Source of the DNA: Patescibacteria group bacterium
Lineage (GTDB): Bacteria; Patescibacteriota; Patescibacteriia; UBA10025; JAHIVO01
Length of the DNA stretch: 64,000 nt
Direction: 5' to 3'
Assembly (NCBI GenBank): GCA_041660605.1
Contig: JBAZWB010000001.1
Coordinates: 393,295-457,294, forward strand
Shown here: in pieces, positions 1-9,744 of the stretch
Numbering within the stretch: position 1 is the stretch's first letter
Layout: each line of letters starts with the position of its first letter
The notes under the pieces: model-generated
What the model was told of the DNA's origin: nothing
Databases searched by the model: none
What the model saw: the letters and a program-made list of their open reading frames with translations, nothing else
Made by a program: the position numbers and the translations under genes

Positions 1-189
1 GCTTTGCTGGGGTTTATTGAAGGCGCGCTGGTGCTGGGCACAATATTATTCGTTATCAGCCATTTCCAGATTTCTCCGGAACTGAATAACGCCATTGATA
101 ATTCCGCCTTCGCCGGTCTTTTAATTACCCTGGCGAAAGTCGTTACGCCGCTGGTGCCGAATGTGCTGAAGGTGGATGTTGTAATCTAG
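1..189 (+). CDS. CvpA (colicin V production) family membrane protein, 3' part only
   Basis: Hydrophobic LGFIEGALVLG...S motif typical of CvpA C-terminal half; runs off window start. Confidence 0.6.
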   Translation, partial: ALLGFIEGALVLGTILFVISHFQISPELNNAIDNSAFAGLLITLAKVVTPLVPNVLKVDVVI

Positions 190-286
190 TGACTAGTGGC
201 TAGTAACTAGTTCCTAGCAATAAAAAATTTAAAAAATTAGACATTTATTAGAAATTGGATATTAGTAATTAGAAATTAAAAAAAAT

Positions 287-1120
287 ATGTCCCTAAATTT
301 AATAGATACCCACGCGCATCTGGATTTTGAGGAATTTTCTGAAGACCGCGAAGAAGTAATAAAAAGAGCTTTTGCCGTGGGAGTGAATAAAATAATAAAT
401 ATCGGGTGCGATGAAATTCATTTCAAATCCACACTGGAAATCGCTTCCGGACAGGATAATATTTACGCGGTGATCGGCCTGCATCCCCATGAAGCCATGA
501 CTTTCAGCCGCGATCAAAAAGAGCAGAATGAAGAGCTGAAGCGCGTTATTAAGAGGCTGGACGATTTTACCGGTTATAAGAAACTGGTGGGCATCGGCGA
601 GATTGGCCTGGATTTTTTCCATATTGCCAGGGAAAAAGAGCGTGAACAATCCTCCATATATAATCTGCAAAAAAATCTTTTCGTGGCGCAGCTGGAGTTT
701 GCCCTGAAAGCCAATCTGCCCATTGTCATACATTGCCGTGAGGCTTATGATGAGGTACTGGAAATTTTGAAAAAATATTCTGCCAATAAGAATTTGCGGG
801 GGGTGATACATTCTTTTGAGGGCAGTTTTGATGTTGCCAGCGAGTTCATCAAACTGGGCTTTTTAGTTTCTTTCAACGGCATGTTAACCTATGAAAAATC
901 AGACGAGCAGCTATCAGCCGCCAGCCGGCTGCCAATTGATAAGATTTTACTGGAAACTGATTGCCCCTATCTGACGCCCGTACCGCTGCGCGGCCAGCGC
1001 AATGAGCCGTCTTATATTGAGTACACCGCCAAAAAGCTGGCAGAATTAAGGAATACGACTATCGAGGAAGTGGCTGAACAGACAACCGCTAATGCCGTTA
1101 ATTTTTTTAAATTATCATAA
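287..1120 (+). CDS. tatD: TatD family DNase (copy 1)
   Basis: IDTHAH, GLHP, GEIGLD, IHCR, HSF, LLETDCPYLTP..RNEP motifs. Confidence 0.95.
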   Translation: MSLNLIDTHAHLDFEEFSEDREEVIKRAFAVGVNKIINIGCDEIHFKSTLEIASGQDNIYAVIGLHPHEAMTFSRDQKEQNEELKRVIKRLDDFTGYKKLVGIGEIGLDFFHIAREKEREQSSIYNLQKNLFVAQLEFALKANLPIVIHCREAYDEVLEILKKYSANKNLRGVIHSFEGSFDVASEFIKLGFLVSFNGMLTYEKSDEQLSAASRLPIDKILLETDCPYLTPVPLRGQRNEPSYIEYTAKKLAELRNTTIEEVAEQTTANAVNFFKLS

Positions 1121-1123
1121 ATA

Positions 1124-1960
1124 ATGATAGATACGCACGCGCATTTGAATTTTTCATCATTCAAAGATGATCTTGATGAAGTCATGCAGGAAATAATGCG
1201 TCTGAAGATGCGCGTGATCAACGTCGGCTCGCAGTTTTCTACCAGCCAGCGGGCGGTGGAACTGGCGGATAAATATCCGGCCAATCTTTTCGCGGCCATC
1301 GGCTTGCACCCGATTCATTTATTTGAAATGGAGTTTGATGAACTGGAAATGCCGTTTAAAACCAGACGCGAAGAATTCCATGCTGAGAATTATGAAAAAC
1401 TTAGCCAGCACAAAAATGTCGTGGCTATCGGCGAGATCGGCATTGATTATTTCAAACAACCGAGTAATGTCACAATAAAAGAATTCAAGGACAAGCAGAA
1501 ATGGACTTTCCTGAAGCAGCTGCAGCTGGCCAAGAAATTAAATTTACCGTATATCCTCCATTGCCGGGGGAGCAAGGAGGCGTTTGAGGATGCCTATAAG
1601 GATGCTCTAGCGGTGATCAGAGATTTCAAATATTTCCATGGCGTGGTCCACTGTTTTGCGGCAAACTGGGAAATTGCCAGGAAATTCCTGGATTTGGGCT
1701 TATTGATTTCCTTTACCGGCATTATTACTTTTCCGAAAACTGAATTTCTGGGGCAGGTAGTAAAAAAAATCCCGCTGGATCGGGTGATGGCAGAAACCGA
1801 CGCGCCTTTTCTGGCACCGCAGCTGGTGCGCGGCAAAAGAAATGAACCGCGCTACGTCCGTTATATCATAGATAAAATCGCCGATCTTAAGAGGATTACC
1901 TACGAGGAAGCGGAGGAGGCGACGACAAAAAATGCCGAAAGTTTTTTTAATCTGCACTAA
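1124..1960 (+). CDS. tatD: TatD family DNase (copy 2)
   Basis: IDTHAH, GLHP, GEIGID, LHCR, HCF, ETDAPFLAP..RNEP motifs. Confidence 0.95.
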   Translation: MIDTHAHLNFSSFKDDLDEVMQEIMRLKMRVINVGSQFSTSQRAVELADKYPANLFAAIGLHPIHLFEMEFDELEMPFKTRREEFHAENYEKLSQHKNVVAIGEIGIDYFKQPSNVTIKEFKDKQKWTFLKQLQLAKKLNLPYILHCRGSKEAFEDAYKDALAVIRDFKYFHGVVHCFAANWEIARKFLDLGLLISFTGIITFPKTEFLGQVVKKIPLDRVMAETDAPFLAPQLVRGKRNEPRYVRYIIDKIADLKRITYEEAEEATTKNAESFFNLH

Positions 1961-2007
1961 CGCCTGTTGAATTGTTAATAATCATTTTTTGAGATACAAT
2001 TAACCAT

Positions 2008-3072
2008 ATGGAAATAGCTTTACTAATCATTGCCGGGCTGATTCTGCTGGGAATAATCGTCATGTTTTTCCGTTCGCCGCGGGGAGTCGGTTTGGAGCAA
2101 AAAGACGTCTCGGAAAAAATGGTCCGCCTGGAAGAGCGCATCGGCCAATTAAACGAAAAAAGCACGGAAATCACCCGCGTCTTGGACACCAAACTGGCGG
2201 AATCCACCAAAGCCCTGCAAGAGCAATTCGGCCAGTCGGCCAAGATCGTCCGCGACGTAACCGAGAAACTTACCAAGCTTGATGAGACCAACAAGCAGGT
2301 TTTGAATTTTTCCGACCAGCTAAAAAATCTGCAGGATATATTGAAGAATCCCAAACAGCGCGGAGTGCTGGGGGAGTATTTTCTGGATACGCTCTTGAAA
2401 AACGTCATGCCGCCGGGTTCGTATCAAATGCAGTACAAATTCAAGGACGGGGAAATCGTTGACGCCGTGATCAAGATTGGCGACCAGCTGATACCGGTTG
2501 ATTCCAAATTCAGCCTGGAGAATTACAACCGCATGGCGGAAACGCATAACGAAGAAGAGAGGAAGCGTTTAGAAAAAGTTTTCGTCAATGACCTGAAAAT
2601 GCGCATCCAGGAAACAGGCAAATACATCCGGCCGAATGAAAATACCATGGACTTCGCTTTCATGTTCATACCACATGAGGCCATTTATTATGACCTGCTG
2701 ATCAACAAAGTCGGCGCCATGACTAACGAGGATACCGAGAATCTGATCCAGCGCGCGGCCAGTAAATACCGCGTCATCATTGTTTCGCCCACTTCGTTCC
2801 TGGCTTACCTGCAGACGGTGCTTCAGGGGCTCCGCGCGCTGAAGATTGAGGAGTCAGCCAAGGAAGTCAGGAAAAACGTGGAGCAATTAGCCAAGCACCT
2901 GTCCAGCTACGAGACCTATATGCAGAAGCTGGGCAACCAGTTGGGCACGACGGTCAACACTTATAATTCCGCTTATAAGGAATTTAAAAAAGTTGATAAG
3001 GACATTTTAAAGATAGCGGAGGTTGGCGGCGAGGTGGAGCCGATAGAATTGGAGCGGCCGAAAGAGGAGTAA
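2008..3072 (+). CDS. rmuC: DNA recombination protein RmuC
   Basis: N-terminal TM helix, coiled coil, NPKQRGVLGE, DAVI..VDSKFS, FAFMFIPHEAIY, SPTSFLAYL. Confidence 0.92.
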   Translation: MEIALLIIAGLILLGIIVMFFRSPRGVGLEQKDVSEKMVRLEERIGQLNEKSTEITRVLDTKLAESTKALQEQFGQSAKIVRDVTEKLTKLDETNKQVLNFSDQLKNLQDILKNPKQRGVLGEYFLDTLLKNVMPPGSYQMQYKFKDGEIVDAVIKIGDQLIPVDSKFSLENYNRMAETHNEEERKRLEKVFVNDLKMRIQETGKYIRPNENTMDFAFMFIPHEAIYYDLLINKVGAMTNEDTENLIQRAASKYRVIIVSPTSFLAYLQTVLQGLRALKIEESAKEVRKNVEQLAKHLSSYETYMQKLGNQLGTTVNTYNSAYKEFKKVDKDILKIAEVGGEVEPIELERPKEE

Positions 3073-3145
3073 AGTTAATTGATGAGTTGGTATAGTCCAG
3101 GGGGTATTGGTTAGGTAGTTATTGATAAAATATTTTTATTATACT

Positions 3146-5503
3146 ATGCCTAATCAAAAAAAGATTATGCCAAAGTTACTAGATACGAATACAAAAACAC
3201 AGGAGCAATTGAAAATAAAAATTTCCATCGCCGCCATGATGCTGGCAGCTGTTGGCTTGGGCTTTGCTTTTGGTATTATTCTTATTGACTTAGCATCAAA
3301 AAAAATACCCACGGTTAGCACCGGAAATTTTACCGTCAGTTTTGCCGCCAATGAATATAAGTTTTCAGAAATTGACAGCAAGGGAAATCAGACAGTGTCA
3401 ATGGTTGATTTTGAAAATCGCGGCCTACCCGGAGAACCAGATATGCCAATGAAAACATATTCCATACTCTTGCCTCCCGGAGCTCAATTTATTAAGGCGG
3501 ACATTATCTCAATGGAGAGCAGTCTAATAGATGGAAGTTATGTAATAAAAGAGGCGCCGACGCCTCAACCTATCATAGATTCGACAAGCGCGGATATACT
3601 ATACAAGGAGGCGGCAGAAATCCCGCCGAAGCAGGAAATTTATTCTTCAGACCAGCTTTACCCTGTGAATGTTATTGAAACAAAGCAAGCCGGGCAAATG
3701 CGAAAGTATAATATTCAAGAGATAACTTTTAATCCCTTTCAATATCAGCCGTTATCGAAAAAATTGACGTTTATTTCAAAAGTAAATCTTAGGATTACTT
3801 ATAATATTGGAGAGGCGCCAACCGCAAGCCGGCTTGCAGATACCGTTCTAGATGACTCGGTTAGAGAGTTAGCTTATAATTTTAATCAATTTGGAGATCA
3901 ATACGATACTAGCCTGGTCAATACGAAATCACCGGCAGAATTATACGATTATGTCATAATCGCTCCGCAAACAATGGCGTCATCTGCCGGGATGAATACG
4001 CTTGTACAGTATCGACAAAATCAGGGGCATAGTATTCATTTGGAAACAACTGAATATATAAGCTCAAATTATTCAGGTGCTGATCTTCCGGAAAAAATTC
4101 GAAATTATTTAATTTCACACTATCTTGATTGGGGAATAAAAAATGTGGCCCTTGTTGGTTCTAATCAGGTTATCCCTATGCGGGTTTGTGATGGGTACCT
4201 GCCTACCGATTATTACTACCAGGAGCTGACAAGTGTCTGGGATGGATCTCAAATGTATTGCGGATATCACGACTGGTATCCTGAAGTATTCGTCGGAAGA
4301 ATCCCTATTGATGATACCGCGCAATTTGCGCAATATATTGACCGTGTTATTACATATGAAAATACCACTGACCCTTACATCCGGAAAGCTTTACTCGCAG
4401 CAGGCATCTGGGAAACAAATAATGATGCCGCGCAAACAGCTGAAAATTTGCGGATCGGTTTGTTTCTCCCCGCTGGTTACCAAGCCGATAGATTATATGA
4501 AGAAACCGGAACGTGCCCGGCGACATTACTTCACGATGATGATGTTAGTCAGGTGAATGTTCTTGACAATTGGCAAAACGAACATTACGGCATAGTGTAT
4601 CTCGCTGCTCATGGCAATCCTGCTCGTTTATGTTCTAAACCCTGTCCGCAACCCGATCAGGGCTGCCAAACAACCTTTGTCAAAGATGATATATCGCAGT
4701 TAAATGGCGATTATCCCTCGGTAGTATTTAGCCTGGCGTGCAGTACCGCTGATGTGTCTGATCCTGGCAATCTCGCGTACAGTTTGGTAAGGCAAAAAGT
4801 TGCGTCATATGTGGGTGCTACAAAAGTGGCATTTTCTAGTGATCAAATCTATCAATTGTATTTTTCAAATTTACTGCAGCAGGAGCGACGAAATGCAGAA
4901 GCCCTGGCTTTAGCGAGGCTATCAGTGACGGAAAACTATAACGGACAATATCAAGCATTAAATTATAATTTATACTCCGAACCATTACTGAAAGTCAGAA
5001 CTTTTTGTGAGGACGGAACAGTCGGCGGCCAGTGCAGCGGGCAGCAGTATTGTGATAAAGGTCAGCTGGTCAGTGACTGCCGGCAGTGCGGTTTTACTTG
5101 TTCGGGTGGGCGGGTATGCGATATAGGAAGCGGTCAGTGCATTATGCCCCCTGCCTGTAATATTGATAGTGACTGCGCTGATAGCATTGCCTGCAACGTA
5201 GATCATTGTAATTTTTCAGGAACGATCTCGGCGAGTTGTTCGCACACCGGCGGAACCTGCTGCGCTAACGGTACGTTGCCCGGGCAATGCGACAGCGCGG
5301 GAGGGAGTTTCTGTACATCCAATCTTACCCTTGATGATAACAGATGCCCTATCTGCGGCTGTAAGCAGTTCTACAAGTGCAATCCCGGCAGCCCGAAAGG
5401 GACAGGGTCGTGCGTCCCGGATCCCACGACCTGCTGTCTGGAAGAAACTCCGACCTGCAAACTGCCCCTCTGCCCCTGGCGGCCCCTGAATACGGTAAAT
5501 TAA
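3146..5503 (+). CDS. Membrane-anchored peptidase C25 (gingipain-like) with propeptide and Cys-rich C-terminal tail
   Basis: TM helix; GEPDMP propeptide motif; YVIIAP, PTDYYY, PEVFVGRIP, catalytic AHG and ACST; Cys-rich tail; start moved to first ATG. Confidence 0.85.
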   Translation: MPNQKKIMPKLLDTNTKTQEQLKIKISIAAMMLAAVGLGFAFGIILIDLASKKIPTVSTGNFTVSFAANEYKFSEIDSKGNQTVSMVDFENRGLPGEPDMPMKTYSILLPPGAQFIKADIISMESSLIDGSYVIKEAPTPQPIIDSTSADILYKEAAEIPPKQEIYSSDQLYPVNVIETKQAGQMRKYNIQEITFNPFQYQPLSKKLTFISKVNLRITYNIGEAPTASRLADTVLDDSVRELAYNFNQFGDQYDTSLVNTKSPAELYDYVIIAPQTMASSAGMNTLVQYRQNQGHSIHLETTEYISSNYSGADLPEKIRNYLISHYLDWGIKNVALVGSNQVIPMRVCDGYLPTDYYYQELTSVWDGSQMYCGYHDWYPEVFVGRIPIDDTAQFAQYIDRVITYENTTDPYIRKALLAAGIWETNNDAAQTAENLRIGLFLPAGYQADRLYEETGTCPATLLHDDDVSQVNVLDNWQNEHYGIVYLAAHGNPARLCSKPCPQPDQGCQTTFVKDDISQLNGDYPSVVFSLACSTADVSDPGNLAYSLVRQKVASYVGATKVAFSSDQIYQLYFSNLLQQERRNAEALALARLSVTENYNGQYQALNYNLYSEPLLKVRTFCEDGTVGGQCSGQQYCDKGQLVSDCRQCGFTCSGGRVCDIGSGQCIMPPACNIDSDCADSIACNVDHCNFSGTISASCSHTGGTCCANGTLPGQCDSAGGSFCTSNLTLDDNRCPICGCKQFYKCNPGSPKGTGSCVPDPTTCCLEETPTCKLPLCPWRPLNTVN

Positions 5504-5586
5504 TACAGGGTATATCGTCGCAGTAATTAGCCTGGCGCGGAAACTCATTGATGTAGCCGGAGAAATTAAAATAAGAATCTATTTTT

Positions 5587-6369
5587 ATGTTTTCCTTGGG
5601 ATCTTTTATATTCATAAATTCCACAGACCGCCAAAAGGTGGCTGAACAGATTGAACTGATAAGAAGTTTGCCCGGTTTGGGGCACGTGGAGATCTGGTGG
5701 GAGCACGGCGGGTGGTCTGACGACGACGCAAAATGGCTACGTGCTGAATTAGAAGAGATTAACTGCCTGATGCACGCACCATACATTAATATGTCCTTCG
5801 TTTCCCGGCATGCGGAGCAGAATGAAGCCACCCTGGAGATTTTAAAACGGAAAGTCGATCAGGCGCGGATTTTGAACGTTAAAGTGATGACTATTCATCT
5901 GGGCGACCGGCCGTTTTTTACTGATGATGACGAAGCCCGGGGCATTTGCCAGCCATATTTGCGGCAGCTGGCTGATTATGCTGACGGAAAGATGAAGATT
6001 TCCCTGGAAAACGTGCCTGTCAGGCCGGGTTCCGCATTCGGCTATCCGAATAAAGGCGAAGAGGTTGCAAAAATACTCTCAGCGGTTGATAATATATATA
6101 CCACGGTGGATATCGGGCACAGCTGGAAAAATAATGATGATTACTTTGATTTTCTGAAAAACAACCGGGAGCGCGTGGCTGACATCCATTTTCACAATGT
6201 CAGCGCTGAGGGCAGGGAGCATTTTGGTTTTAATCATCCGGGTTGCCTTGACCCTGGAAAAGTCGTTGATTTATTACATCAGATTGATTATCAACAGTAC
6301 CTGACGCTGGAGATCCTGGAACCGGAAGACATCAGGAAATCATGGGAGATTGTAAAAAAATTTATTTAG
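5587..6369 (+). CDS. Sugar phosphate isomerase/epimerase (AP endonuclease 2-like TIM barrel)
   Basis: HAPYIN, TIHLG, SLENV, DIGH, HFHN, LTLE metal-binding motifs. Confidence 0.85.
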   Translation: MFSLGSFIFINSTDRQKVAEQIELIRSLPGLGHVEIWWEHGGWSDDDAKWLRAELEEINCLMHAPYINMSFVSRHAEQNEATLEILKRKVDQARILNVKVMTIHLGDRPFFTDDDEARGICQPYLRQLADYADGKMKISLENVPVRPGSAFGYPNKGEEVAKILSAVDNIYTTVDIGHSWKNNDDYFDFLKNNRERVADIHFHNVSAEGREHFGFNHPGCLDPGKVVDLLHQIDYQQYLTLEILEPEDIRKSWEIVKKFI

Positions 6370-6378
6370 TTATTTCAG

Positions 6379-6765
6379 ATGGAAATTTACCGCAGTAAAA
6401 CAAGCAAATCGTTTAGAGCAAAAAATCTGATTTTTCTTTTTATCATTGTCGGATTGATCGCCGCCGCAGGCATTTACCTTTTTTTTACCTTGGTCGTGTT
6501 CAAAGAAAAGTCGTGGAATAAGCCGATTGCCTGCGACGAGCTCTATTCAAAAAACCAGACCGAAAATATTCTGATGAATAACAAGGTGCTCCTCGGAGAA
6601 ATCGAAAAAGCCGGCGGCCATTATGTCTATGTCAATCTGCGCAATGACTGCGAGGATAAAGGCGAGATCATTATCATGTACAATTCCACTGATCAGGCGC
6701 AGCGGATCAGGGATTTGGTCGGCCAGACATTCCAGGGTTTGCCGTACAGATTGGTAAACGGCTAA
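6379..6765 (+). CDS. Hypothetical membrane-anchored protein
   Basis: ORF 9 nt after previous stop, single N-terminal TM helix. Confidence 0.75.
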   Translation: MEIYRSKTSKSFRAKNLIFLFIIVGLIAAAGIYLFFTLVVFKEKSWNKPIACDELYSKNQTENILMNNKVLLGEIEKAGGHYVYVNLRNDCEDKGEIIIMYNSTDQAQRIRDLVGQTFQGLPYRLVNG

Positions 6766-6781
6766 ATTTATTTAAAAAAAG

Positions 6782-6812
6782 AAAAAGGCGGTTACCAGGT
6801 AACCGTCCTTTT
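6782..6812. terminator. Bidirectional intrinsic terminator
   Basis: GGCGGTTACC-A-GGTAACCGTC stem flanked by A and T tracts between convergent genes. Confidence 0.75.
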
Positions 6813-6824
6813 GTTGCAGAAGAT

Positions 6825-6920
6825 TCATTCTTCTGTGTCAGGGCCGCCATCAGGCGCATGACCCCATCCATCATAAGAATCTTCCGAATCTCCTCCGGGT
6901 GTTTTCGGTCCAATGTACAT
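6825..6920 (-). CDS. Candidate 31-aa acidic Gly-rich microprotein MYIGPKTPGGDSEDSYDGWGHAPDGGPDTEE
   Basis: GGAGGC SD 4 nt before ATG, stop just before terminator; below ORF-track cutoff. Confidence 0.45.
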   Translation of the reverse strand: MYIGPKTPGGDSEDSYDGWGHAPDGGPDTEE

Positions 6921-7001
6921 CAGTGCCTCCAAAAAGCATTGTTAGTTTTTCCAAAATCGCTATTACGCGACAGGGGGAGTGTTTTTATGAGTGAGAAACA
7001 G

Positions 7002-7226
7002 TCAGCTTAGCAGGACGCCGAAGTAATCAATTGCTATGAAGAATGCAGTGCCGGCCGCGGCCATGCAGACTATGCCAGCCAAATACATCCTGCGCCTAAG
7101 CTGTACTCCGTATTGGTCATCTAAAGTCCCGAGTTCCTCAGCTTTGTAGTAGAGTCTATCGTGATAATTAAGTGAGAAAAACCCAACCAAGAAAAAAATA
7201 ATGGCTGGAATAATTTTGGTTGTCAA
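7002..7226 (-). CDS. Small two-TM hypothetical protein
   Basis: GGAGGT SD before TTG at 7226; TTGACC-17-TATGAT promoter at 7300-7272; two hydrophobic segments. Confidence 0.7.
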   Translation of the reverse strand: MTTKIIPAIIFFLVGFFSLNYHDRLYYKAEELGTLDDQYGVQLRRRMYLAGIVCMAAAGTAFFIAIDYFGVLLS

Positions 7227-7490
7227 TGCGACCTCCTTGCATTTCCAATAAAGTTCTATTTTTATTGGGCAATCATACCCCCATTTACAGAGCAGGTCAA
7301 CAAGCATTTTTTCAATAATTGCTAAAATTAGCCAATAAAATATGATACCAGCTAAGGTAAAACTGGGGGGTATTGATTTATTAGTGGAAATGCATTAGAA
7401 TGTAGCCAAATTGTGGATAATATAGGAGCCTGAAGCCTTTATATTTTGGCCACTTTAACAACTGCCAGTAAGCACTTTTTTAATTGTTTT

Positions 7491-7784
7491 ATGGATAATA
7501 AACCTCAAATACCATGGTGGCAGCCGGCAGTAACGATTTTTGCCGAGGTAACCGGCTGGATTGCCGTACCAATATTAATTGCGTTGTTTTTGGGTAAATA
7601 TCTGGATGAGAAGTACGGCACTGATCCCTGGTATTATCTGGGGCTGACGGCAGTTGCCTTTATTATTTCCAGCACCGGAATTGTCATTGTGGCAGGCAAA
7701 TACATCAGGCAGATAGAAAAGGAAAATAAGAATAAGAAAAATGAATCAGACAGCAAACAATATCATAACAATACAAAATTCTAG
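7491..7784 (+). CDS. atpI: ATP synthase protein I (AtpZ/AtpI family)
   Basis: LGKYLDEKYGTDPW motif, two TM helices, directly upstream of atpB. Confidence 0.85.
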   Translation: MDNKPQIPWWQPAVTIFAEVTGWIAVPILIALFLGKYLDEKYGTDPWYYLGLTAVAFIISSTGIVIVAGKYIRQIEKENKNKKNESDSKQYHNNTKF

Positions 7785-8652
7785 CGTTGGCGGGCACCAG
7801 TTGCTCGCGGTGGAAACAACCGGTGAGGAGAAGGCGGCAACCAACTCGGAAATTTCCCATGAACCGACGCTTTATGCGGAACCGGTTTTTTCCATAGGCA
7901 GCTTCCAGGTGACAAATTCTCTGCTAAATTCCTGGGTAGTGGTGGTGTTGCTGGTAATTTTTTCACTGGTCCTGAGAAAAAAAATAAAACGCATCCCGCG
8001 CGGCCTACAGAACGCGGTGGAAATAGTTATTGAAGGCGCGCTGAATATGGTTGATAGCGTGACTAGTGACCGAAAAAAATCTCAGAAAGTTTTCCCCTTT
8101 GTTTTCGCAATTTTTGTCTTTATCTTGTTGAATAACTGGCTGGGATTGATCCCGGGTATTGGTTCGATCGGTTTTCTAGAATCAGAAGCCGGGCACCAGG
8201 TTTTTATACCATTACTTCGTGGCGGTACGGCTGATTTAAACACTACGCTGGCGCTGGCGATATTCGCTGTTATTAGTTCAAATATCTTTGGCATTTTGAT
8301 GGTCGGTGTCTGGAAGCATTTCAATAAATTCGTGAATCTCAAAGCCCTGGTGCAGATCCCCCAGCGGATTACCAAAGAACCAGCAATAGTCATAGTCAAT
8401 CCCATTAAATTTTTCGTTGGGATAATTGAAATCATCGGGGAAATCGCCAAAGTCGCTTCACTGTCTTTCCGGTTGTTCGGCAACATCTTCGCCGGCGAGG
8501 TCTTGCTGGCCTCTATGGCAGCGCTCTTCGCCTTTGTCCTGCCTGTGCCTTTCATGTTTTTGGAGGTAATCGTCGGACTGATACAGGCGCTGATTTTCGC
8601 CATGCTGACGCTGGTTTATTATACGATCGCCTCAACGGCGGAGGAACATTAA
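7741..8652 (+). CDS. atpB: F0 subunit a
   Basis: TADLNTTLALA, SLSFRLFGNIFAGE, IQALIFAMLT. Confidence 0.97.
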   Translation: MNQTANNIITIQNSSVGGHQLLAVETTGEEKAATNSEISHEPTLYAEPVFSIGSFQVTNSLLNSWVVVVLLVIFSLVLRKKIKRIPRGLQNAVEIVIEGALNMVDSVTSDRKKSQKVFPFVFAIFVFILLNNWLGLIPGIGSIGFLESEAGHQVFIPLLRGGTADLNTTLALAIFAVISSNIFGILMVGVWKHFNKFVNLKALVQIPQRITKEPAIVIVNPIKFFVGIIEIIGEIAKVASLSFRLFGNIFAGEVLLASMAALFAFVLPVPFMFLEVIVGLIQALIFAMLTLVYYTIASTAEEH

Positions 8653-8655
8653 AGG

Positions 8656-8690
8656 TTTGTAGGTTGTGGGTAGTAAGTTGTAGGTAGTAA
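8656..8690 (+). repeat. Five tandem 7-nt units (GTWGTAR-like), solo arm
   Basis: tttgtag gttgtgg gtagtaa gttgtag gtagtaa right after atpB stop. Confidence 0.8.
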
Positions 8691-8732
8691 TCTTATTAAT
8701 AAATAATTAACGGTTCAAGATTGCCGACTTAA

Positions 8733-9002
<270 letters not shown>

Positions 9003-9014
9003 TCTATTTACGTT

Positions 9015-9043
9015 CAGAAGATTCTGCTTCGGCAGATCTTCTG
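9015..9043 (+). promoter_or_regulatory. Stable hairpin after atpE (possible mRNA-stabilising element)
   Basis: CAGAAGAT-T-CTGC-TTCG-GCAG-ATCTTCTG with UUCG tetraloop, no U tract. Confidence 0.5.
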
Positions 9044-9089
9044 GGGCTGGTAGATTATTATGCGTATTGGAATGCACATTGTATAGATA

Positions 9090-9229
9090 AAATTCGAAAT
9101 TTTAAATCCGAAATCCGAAACAAATTCAAATGTTTTAAATTTAAAATAATAAAGCCTTCGGTTGAATTTAAACATTTATTTTTAGAAATTTAATATTGTT
9201 TCGAGTTTCGTGCTTCGGATTTAGAATTT
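9090..9229. repeat. Long inverted repeat with 7-nt periodicity between atpE and atpF
   Basis: aaattcg aaatttt aaatccg aaatccg aaac... versus ...gtttcg agtttcg tgcttcg gatttag aattt. Confidence 0.8.
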
Positions 9230-9240
9230 ATTAATAATTT

Positions 9241-9738
9241 ATGGATGAATTAGTAAAAACATTTCACATTGACTGGAAGCTTTTAGTCGCTCAATTAATT
9301 AATTTTGGCATTGTCATAGGCGTGCTCTGGTATTTTGCCCTGAAGCCGCTCTTGAAAACCATGAACAAAAGAAGCGGAGACATTGAAAAGAGCCTGAAAG
9401 ACGCAGAAGAGATTGAAAAGAAATTGCTGCAAGCGGATAAAAGCAAAGATCGGATTGTCATCGAAGCAAAAAAAGAAGCGCAGATTATCCTGGAAAAATC
9501 CTATAAAGAGGCAGAAAAACTTAAGGAGCAGAAACTGCATGAAACCCGCAGCGAGATGGAAAAGATCGCCAATAAAGCCAAGGCGGATTTGCTGATGGAA
9601 AAAGATAAAATGATTGAACAAGCCAGGCATGAGGTCGGCGGTTTGATTATTACAGCCAGCGAAAAAATAATCGGCAAAAGCGTGGATACGGAAATCAATA
9701 AAAAAATAATTGAAGAAACCCTTAATCAGGCTAAATAA
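9241..9738 (+). CDS. atpF: F0 subunit b
   Basis: IDWKLLVAQLINF N-terminus, charged coiled coil. Confidence 0.95.
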   Translation: MDELVKTFHIDWKLLVAQLINFGIVIGVLWYFALKPLLKTMNKRSGDIEKSLKDAEEIEKKLLQADKSKDRIVIEAKKEAQIILEKSYKEAEKLKEQKLHETRSEMEKIANKAKADLLMEKDKMIEQARHEVGGLIITASEKIIGKSVDTEINKKIIEETLNQAK

Positions 9739-9744
9739 ATAATA

